Source: a virus (lineage: Duplodnaviria > Caudoviricetes). Taken from it: a stretch of DNA of 64,000 bases. The notes beneath the pieces were generated by a model. It was not told where the DNA came from and ran no database searches. It worked only from the letters and a program-made list of their open reading frames with translations. Shown one piece after another: positions 57,679 through 64,000 of this stretch; within the stretch, counting starts at the first letter, position 1; each line of letters begins with the position of its first letter. The stretch covers positions 1 through 64,000 of the IMG/VR virus record IMGVR_UViG_3300009873_000081, one strand, 5' to 3'. The position numbers and the translations under genes are program-made.

Positions 57679-59119
57679 ATGCAAAGACTCTCTTACGACA
57701 TCATCGGCAAAATGGCTGAGACCGAGTTGCCCAAACTTCTCTACCAAAACTACATTCTGCGCAAAGGCAACACACCTAATATTCAGTCTTTTGCCGACTA
57801 CGTGCTGCGTTGTTGGGATAAGCATTATAATTTGACCATTAAGCCTGACGGCAAAGAATCCTTTGGCCATTTACGCTAAAAGCCACCTGCGGCAACGGCA
57901 TTTAAAAGCCGTACTCGAAGGTGAATACGGCAGAAAAAAGATCAACGTCCCGAAGAAAACCGGCGACGGCAAGGATCATTATTATCGCATCCTGGCTCCA
58001 AAGGGAAAACAAAGACAATGGGCGCGTTTTCTCTCCGACGATGAGTGGAAAGGCATCAGCGAACTTTTTCGTTATCCCACCTTGCGTTTGGTCATTCAAG
58101 AATTAAAAAATCTTATCGGCGATCTTGGCGGTTGGGAAAAATCAGAAGAGACACAGCTTTCAAGCTGGTCAAACTCGACTCTATGGGACAAGGCCAATCG
58201 AAGCTTACTATTCGATCTCAAGTATTATTACAACAAAGCCAAAGCCGAGCGTGACGAAATCAAGAAAGAAAAACGCATCGACTCGACTTCAGCGCCCATA
58301 CATCAACTGGCCAAGATCACTAATACTGATAGAAAAGTTATTTGCCGAATCAGGAAATTTCTGCTGTTGGCTTTTATCGGCAGCGGCGAGTTTCTGACTA
58401 TTGGGGACAAAGATTTTTGGAATGCAGTAAAACGAGGGAAGCAGATTAGAAGTTCAGCTTTACAAAACCGTCCTCGGATGGATAAAGAGAAGAACCCAAA
58501 CTCCACCACGCCTAAAAGCGTGACATGCTCTTCAACCCTTGAGCGGAAAGCGGCGATGCCTCTAAAAAAGGTATTACTGGACGTTCCTCTTATCCGACAC
58601 GAAGACGGTCTTGAATCAATCGAATCTGAAGACTTCTTAGACAGACTGGATCGAGCCATCATGCTCGACGCCAAGCTCCAGACGGTCGGCAGTATCAAGA
58701 TGTCGGCACTTCCAGCCCATCTTGACTTTGCTTTTACCCTGCCCGACCAGGAATTTAACGATCTAACCATAAAAGAAGTTGCGGAAGATTTCAACTTCTC
58801 GATGGAAAAGACCGACTTAAGAGCGTTCTTGTGCGCTACTAACATGAGGCCAAGAAAGAAGAAAGCCATTAGAAGCTTTCCGGCTCCGGCCAGTCTCGAA
58901 GAAAACTTCAGATATGCTCGTACTTCCGTAGATGAATCCGATTTCCTGCCATACTACGATAACAGCGAATATTGGAGATCGAGAAACATCTTTAGAAGCG
59001 TAAGAAAACAAGAGCAAAAGATGGTAGAAAAGAAAGAACCTACAAGAGAAGAGAGAGAAAAATCTACTATCGGTCGGTTGATTCTTGCTATTGACGGATT
59101 TAGCTCTGGACGTGTGTAG
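57679..59119 (+). CDS. putative replication/DNA-binding protein, probably one gene frameshifted at about 57862
   Basis: basic 418-aa ORF with no RBS, overlapped by a 66-aa ORF; function inferred from position only. Confidence 0.4.
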
Positions 59120-59218
59120 TATTAGTCCCTGCTGTTTCTGAGTTTATTTACTACTACACTATACAGATCATCATCGCCAATAAGGGCTTAGTGTCTTTAA
59201 TTTTATAAAGTAAGGTAT

Positions 59219-59449
59219 ATGACAATCAAAAAATTCTTAACTCTTACAGACGGTCAATTACTTTACAATCTGCCGATAGACGTGGATTTGTCAGGAGTCA
59301 TGTCAGCAAGACTAAACCAACAGGAGGTAAAGTTAAAAATTGTTTGGAGAATGGAAGGTAATGGCTACTTAGTTCCATACATTTTGTCACCTGTAGCCAA
59401 TCCAAGCGAAGCTGATGAAATCGAAATTACCTATGAGACGACAGATTAA
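59219..59449 (+). CDS. hypothetical protein
   Basis: TAAGG RBS. Confidence 0.55.
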   Translation: MTIKKFLTLTDGQLLYNLPIDVDLSGVMSARLNQQEVKLKIVWRMEGNGYLVPYILSPVANPSEADEIEITYETTD

Positions 59450-59745
59450 TGCAAAGAAGCACAGTCATAGAATACCCTGGCGTCTACAAATTAGAAAAAG
59501 CCCGTCATCTCGAGCACATGCTTGACGAGATCGAAAAGTGCGTAGAGCCTTCATCCTTTGTCAAGCTGAGAAAACTGGTCAAAGAGAACAAAACCGCTTA
59601 CGATAGTTTGGCAATGTCAGGAAGATGGATGGTTGGAGCGCCGGAAGCTTTGCTCAGATTGATTTTGGAACTTACAGAAAATAACATAAACCCGTTGGCA
59701 TTAACTGAAGCACAGGATCGAATTGAAAAAAGCTTGACTTTTTGA
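59449..59745 (+). CDS. hypothetical protein
   Basis: TAATG coupling. Confidence 0.55.
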   Translation: MQRSTVIEYPGVYKLEKARHLEHMLDEIEKCVEPSSFVKLRKLVKENKTAYDSLAMSGRWMVGAPEALLRLILELTENNINPLALTEAQDRIEKSLTF

Positions 59746-59808
59746 TTTTATTTACGTATATTGAATTACAGTCAACGCAGTACAAAAATCAAACAAGGAA
59801 TTTTAACC

Positions 59809-60021
59809 ATGAAAACTCAAGCCAAGCCTAATCTTAGTCCGTTGGGAACATGCAATCGTTGTAGTGATGTGGCTTATGTTCAACTCAAAAAAGGCATTTC
59901 ACCTGGAGTTTGGACAGAACCCGAACTGCTTTGCAATGATTGCCTTGATAAAGATCGCAAGGCCATGCTTAAAGCCGCAGGCTGTGAAGAAGAAACCATT
60001 GGAAATATAACTTTTGAATAA
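59809..60021 (+). CDS. small Zn-finger protein
   Basis: CNRC...LCNDC; promoter at 59734. Confidence 0.55.
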   Translation: MKTQAKPNLSPLGTCNRCSDVAYVQLKKGISPGVWTEPELLCNDCLDKDRKAMLKAAGCEEETIGNITFE

Positions 60022-60035
60022 TAGGAGAACAGCTT

Positions 60036-60263
60036 ATGAGTTTCTTTGAACAAGAAGTGCAAGTTGAAACCAGAACCGAATCGGGTTTTTGGACAAGCTT
60101 AAATTTTGCCACTGCTATTCCGATACCAGAGATAGTGCAGGAGTTTTTTGAACCGGCACCATGTGAATGCGGCATATCGAGTCCACCGACACACATAAAT
60201 CTCATCACAGGAACACGCTTCTATGACGACGAAAGCCATGAGTGTGCAGGGTATCCTTGCTAA
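60036..60263 (+). CDS. hypothetical protein
   Basis: AGGAG RBS. Confidence 0.55.
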   Translation: MSFFEQEVQVETRTESGFWTSLNFATAIPIPEIVQEFFEPAPCECGISSPPTHINLITGTRFYDDESHECAGYPC

Positions 60264-60281
60264 CAACTTAAAAAATCAGAT

Positions 60282-60791
60282 ATGAACACGCTTTATAAAA
60301 TCACTCTGCTGCTTTTTTGCACACAAAGCTTTGCCCAAACCCGCTTTGTTGTTCGACCTGATGAAGTCGGGTTTGTCATGCTAAAATGCAAAACCGATTC
60401 GCTTCAAATAAGCATTATGGATGTCTCGGGAGAGGAAAATCAGATTACTATTTTAGCCGTACCATACGTACTCAAAAGCAACTTCAACGAGGATTCTTTG
60501 GAGCTTTGGTATCACATCTGTAAAGACGATACTGCCTTTTACAGCCAAATCACCAAAGCTCCAACAAATAGAAAGTTTTTGTCAAGCCTCAACGAAATTA
60601 AAAAGGGTCGAGCGCCTAAAGGCGACTTGCCTTTTGTCGCACAATCCCACTTATCTACAACCATCTTGAGATTTTCAATTGATCCAGGAAGAAAGTCCCG
60701 GTTTCAAGATGGCTCGACAGTTGGGGCTTATTTCGATATACAGACAGATAGCACTGGCAGCATAATTAAAATCTGGAAAAAGAAGCAGTAG
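60282..60791 (+). CDS. secreted protein
   Basis: MNTLYKITLLLFCTQSFA-Q signal peptide. Confidence 0.6.
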   Translation: MNTLYKITLLLFCTQSFAQTRFVVRPDEVGFVMLKCKTDSLQISIMDVSGEENQITILAVPYVLKSNFNEDSLELWYHICKDDTAFYSQITKAPTNRKFLSSLNEIKKGRAPKGDLPFVAQSHLSTTILRFSIDPGRKSRFQDGSTVGAYFDIQTDSTGSIIKIWKKKQ

Positions 60792-60802
60792 GAGCTTTAG
60801 CC

Positions 60803-61066
60803 ATGTCATTGATGAGGCGAAAATTCATTATTGCTATTGTTTGGCTGTTAGGCTCAGGTCTCTTGATTCTACCCTATTTTGTAGGAAAAGCCGCAAATGA
60901 AACTTTCTTGCATTTGTATCCCATAAGCTGGCCATTTCTCTACAGTATTGGCTTTGTTGTTTGTGGCTGTTTAGTTGTAAGTAACTTACTGCTATTAGCA
61001 TTATTTCCAATCAGTTCTGATATAGCCGACTATTTCGAGAAAAGATCAAATAAAAAACAAATATGA
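60803..61066 (+). CDS. two-TM membrane protein
   Basis: AGGAG RBS; two hydrophobic helices. Confidence 0.6.
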   Translation: MSLMRRKFIIAIVWLLGSGLLILPYFVGKAANETFLHLYPISWPFLYSIGFVVCGCLVVSNLLLLALFPISSDIADYFEKRSNKKQI

Positions 61067-61631
61067 AAAATTTTTCTAAACTCAACGTACTCTTTTCTAA
61101 AGCTAAGCTCAACAAGCGCCCGTCACGAGGATTAGCCCAAAACACACTGTCTGAAATATAGACTTAGCTCAAGTCAAAACATCCAAAATCGTCCACCAGC
61201 CCTTCGTCACCGTTCTTAAAAAAAATCCTAAAATTTTTTTCGATCTCTACGTACTGTTTTCTAAAATCCTAAAATTTTATTTTTCAAGCACGCATAAGAG
61301 TGCTTGGAGTCCCACCGCCCACACCCCGGCCGGAGTGTCTTGCCATTCTCGCGCCTCTATAGGAGGGGGTGTATAGCGATATAGACAGAGAGCAAACGAA
61401 AGTACACAACAATTAGCCTTAGGTTACAGCCGATACGCTCGATCCTGTTGTCCCGGCCACTGCACAGTGTCTTGCCTCGAAAGCGGGCCTATACCCCTCG
61501 CGTTTTTCTCTCCAGCCAAAAAGCATTCTTATTCACCGGGCCGGGCTGTACGATAGCCTTGTGGCTTCCTACAGTGACCGTACAGCAATGATCTGTTGCA
61601 TTGACAGCCTTACCTATGCACAAGCTTGGGC

Positions 61632-61672
61632 AATAAAAAACCCTATGCTGTGTTAGCCATAGGGTTTTTTAT
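61632..61672. terminator. bidirectional intrinsic terminator
   Basis: ATAAAAAACCCTATG/CATAGGGTTTTTTAT. Confidence 0.8.
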
Positions 61673-61690
61673 TCACTTTGAGACAAGCTT

Positions 61691-62083
61691 TTATTCAAAG
61701 ATCACACCGTTATAAGCTTGCATACTGTCCGCAAGTAAAAGAAAATCATAAATATGATCAAACTTCAACGCCGGCAAATTATCGGCAAAACGATCATAGC
61801 TTTGCTTGTGTCGCTCGTACATTTCAAGCAATTCCGCTTTGTCAAACGTTGCTGTGCGCTTGTAATTGCGGATATTATTTTTTCTTTGCCAATTGCGACA
61901 ATCGAGGTTATCCAATTGCACAAACTCAAACTCTTGTGTTTCCAGCGACTTGGTACTGTTATAGAGCATCATCATATAGCCGGATTCGACGCATTCCGCA
62001 AGACTACAGTCTGTCCCAATAATTGCGTTGAAATTTTTGTTTCGCATTGTAAACTCCGTTGTCTTAAAAGTGAATAGCTTCAT
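61691..62083 (-). CDS. hypothetical early protein
   Basis: GGAG RBS before MRNK; own promoter TTGCGC-N17-TATACT near 62130. Confidence 0.6.
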   Translation of the reverse strand: MKLFTFKTTEFTMRNKNFNAIIGTDCSLAECVESGYMMMLYNSTKSLETQEFEFVQLDNLDCRNWQRKNNIRNYKRTATFDKAELLEMYERHKQSYDRFADNLPALKFDHIYDFLLLADSMQAYNGVIFE

Positions 62084-62234
62084 GAATTAAACTTACACTT
62101 TTATAGTATACGCAAAAAATGCGAATTGCGCAAGCTAATTACGAAATCTTCACAAATAGCTTGCTCATGCTTGTTTTGCGGTATTTAGACGTAACGACAC
62201 AGCTAATATTTAATTATTATGTAGACGTTGTCTT

Positions 62235-62355
62235 GTTACATTCTTTTAATCAAAAAGATTAGACTTGATTTCCGCATTTTATTTACGTATATTGTATTAC
62301 TTCTATGAAGTAACAAATAACAGAAGCAATCACTTAAACTTATGCGAGGCACAAA
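62235..62355 (+). promoter_or_regulatory. repeated early promoter module, copy 1
   Basis: TTGATT-N17-TATATT; similar to 62687-62802. Confidence 0.75.
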
Positions 62356-62610
62356 ATGGAAACTGTAAACGTTGCCACCCGCCCCCTGTCCGAAATTGCT
62401 CGTGAAATTCGCCGAGATTGGAAGCAAGTCAATTTTGGCGCGGCGCCTTACTTGCAGGCAATGGCAAGCCTTAATGCCATTAGTGACACTTACGGTTTAG
62501 ATGATGCTAAAAGCATCGTAATCTATTTTCTTGCTAATGCTTCAACTTGGCGCGGTGAAACGGCTAAGCGTATCAAGGCTGAATTGAAACGCATGGCAAA
62601 AATCAAATAG
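62356..62610 (+). CDS. conserved phage early protein
   Basis: RPLSEIAREI..DW...APYL.AM...YG.D...YFLANA..WRGE.A..IK.EL. Confidence 0.8.
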   Translation: METVNVATRPLSEIAREIRRDWKQVNFGAAPYLQAMASLNAISDTYGLDDAKSIVIYFLANASTWRGETAKRIKAELKRMAKIK

Positions 62611-62630
62611 TCTTATTCGCGTCTCAAACT

Positions 62631-62671
62631 AATGCCCTTGTGATCTAAATTCGCAAGGGCATTTTTATTTT
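62631..62671 (+). terminator. intrinsic terminator
   Basis: AATGCCCTTG/CAAGGGCATT plus T-run. Confidence 0.8.
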
Positions 62672-62686
62672 CCCACCTAAATTAAA

Positions 62687-62802
62687 GTTACATTCTTTTA
62701 ATCATAAAAGGTAGACTTGACTTTACGCATTTATTTACGCATGTCTGTAATACTCTTCAGAGTATATAAATAACAGAAACACTTTACTTTGCGAGGTGAG
62801 TC
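62687..62802 (+). promoter_or_regulatory. repeated early promoter module, copy 2
   Basis: GTTACATTCTTTTAATCA...TAGACTTGA...TTATTTACG...AAATAACAGAA...TGCGAGG. Confidence 0.7.
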
Positions 62803-63153
62803 ATGAATAAGCGTTTAGTCAACCTTATCGAATTGTCTGGGAATGTTCGCTTTTACGTACCTACTACAAACAACGTGAATCAGGCACAAGATACAGCTTC
62901 CCACGTGGAAAAAGTCGAAAAACTTTTTTCCGCTTGGTTTGGCGGAGCAACGCAGTACGATGCTTTAGGTTGCTGGTCTTCACCTGCTGCTGGTCTGGTA
63001 AAGGAAAAAGTTATCATTGTGGAATCATTCTGCAATGAGCAAGCTTTACAAGCTAATATTGAAAGCGTTGTAGACCTTGCGGAGCGTGTCAAGCAAGAGT
63101 TATCGCAAGAGTCTATAGCGATTGAAGTCAATAACCGTTTGTATCTTGTTTAA
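62803..63153 (+). CDS. PII/DUF3574-like small protein
   Basis: FGGAT...GCW...LVKEKV...LSQESIAIEV. Confidence 0.6.
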   Translation: MNKRLVNLIELSGNVRFYVPTTNNVNQAQDTASHVEKVEKLFSAWFGGATQYDALGCWSSPAAGLVKEKVIIVESFCNEQALQANIESVVDLAERVKQELSQESIAIEVNNRLYLV

Positions 63154-63199
63154 CCTTAACTCTGGACACAAGGAAGTGTCCTAACTTCACTTTGAGAAG

Positions 63200-63733
63200 A
63201 TGAAAAAGCTTATTGAATTAGCTTTAAGCAATCCTAATAGCCGTTTTTGGTATGCACAAGAGAAACGTTTCTTGAAACGCTATGCCAAAAAACGCAATTG
63301 GGATTTTTATCGTTTTTGTGACATTATCGCCATTACTTCGCCGCGAACACAATTGTCGCGTAATTGGAAGTTAGCTTGTAATTATATGGCTGGTGAAAAC
63401 TTTTATACGCCAGCTTTGCCCTCGGTTATTTCAGGGTTGAAATATTACGAGCAGAGTGGTATTATCCGAGGGCCAAAAACAAGCCGTTTTTCTTTAGCCT
63501 TACAAGGTGATGAAAGTGCAATCGTTTTAGACATTTATATGGCGAGAATACTGCGTTTTGATTATGAAGCAATGTATCAACCTGAAAACTACTTGAGACT
63601 TTGCAGACGCATTGAGAAGCTTGCACAAGTTTTGGGCTATACGCCGGCGCAAACGCAAGCTTGCTTGTGGATCAATTATCTACAAGCTAACAATCGTTCA
63701 AACGGATTAAGTTATTCACAACTTGAGCTATAG
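63200..63733 (+). CDS. conserved phage protein with HhH-glycosylase-like motifs
   Basis: WY, IAITSP, GPKT..F, IVLD.YM.R, QA.LW. Confidence 0.6.
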   Translation: MKKLIELALSNPNSRFWYAQEKRFLKRYAKKRNWDFYRFCDIIAITSPRTQLSRNWKLACNYMAGENFYTPALPSVISGLKYYEQSGIIRGPKTSRFSLALQGDESAIVLDIYMARILRFDYEAMYQPENYLRLCRRIEKLAQVLGYTPAQTQACLWINYLQANNRSNGLSYSQLEL

Positions 63734-64000
63734 GTGAGACTATGCGTACAATAACCGTTTATGTCACCGACAAGGATACTGGCTTAACTTACAAGGCATT
63801 CTCACGCCAGTATCGTGCTGATGAAGTGCTAAAGCACTTCTTTGGCTTGTTAGAAGCTTATGCCGCTTATGAGAAAGTGTTAGGCTGTTTTCACATTGAA
63901 ATTGAATGAGAGGAACAAATATGAACCGAAAACAACAACTCGTTTGTTTTCTACTTAATGCGTATTGTTGCTTATATGGTGCGCAAGACACAAACGACGT

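Noticed and set aside
1-64000. Stop-codon reassignment
   Set aside because: Genes are long and tightly packed in the standard code, with all three stops in use

Overview
This window is most of a tailed dsDNA phage genome with podovirus-like organisation. A long minus-strand late block (about 57100 down to 9100) encodes TerL, a P22-like portal, scaffold, major capsid, adaptor and nozzle proteins, large ejection-type proteins, tailspike/fibre proteins and a lysis cassette. No tape measure gene is visible. Plus-strand early/middle genes flank this block on both sides. No integrase, DNA polymerase, rRNA or CRISPR array was seen. Signal peptides followed by Gln hint at an FCB-group diderm host (inference). 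Accessory content includes 2 LAGLIDADG and 2 HNH endonucleases, 2 solo TnpB genes, a Tad1-like anti-defence sponge, a MazG-like protein, and a glycosyltransferase/methyltransferase cluster inside the head module. The most unusual items are: (1) a TerS-like protein fused to a catalytically dead second TerL ATPase domain; (2) tailspike/fibre proteins that all carry Sec signal peptides; (3) a 203-nt RNA with tRNA-like ends, three sequence-unrelated leaders sharing one X-Y-X'-Y' attenuator topology, and CsrA-type GGA hairpins; (4) a LAGLIDADG gene that split a small gene and supplies it with a new RBS and N-terminus; (5) a stand-alone PAS protein in the lysis cassette. Four apparent frameshifts may be assembly errors. 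All family calls come from motif recognition by eye; no searches were run.
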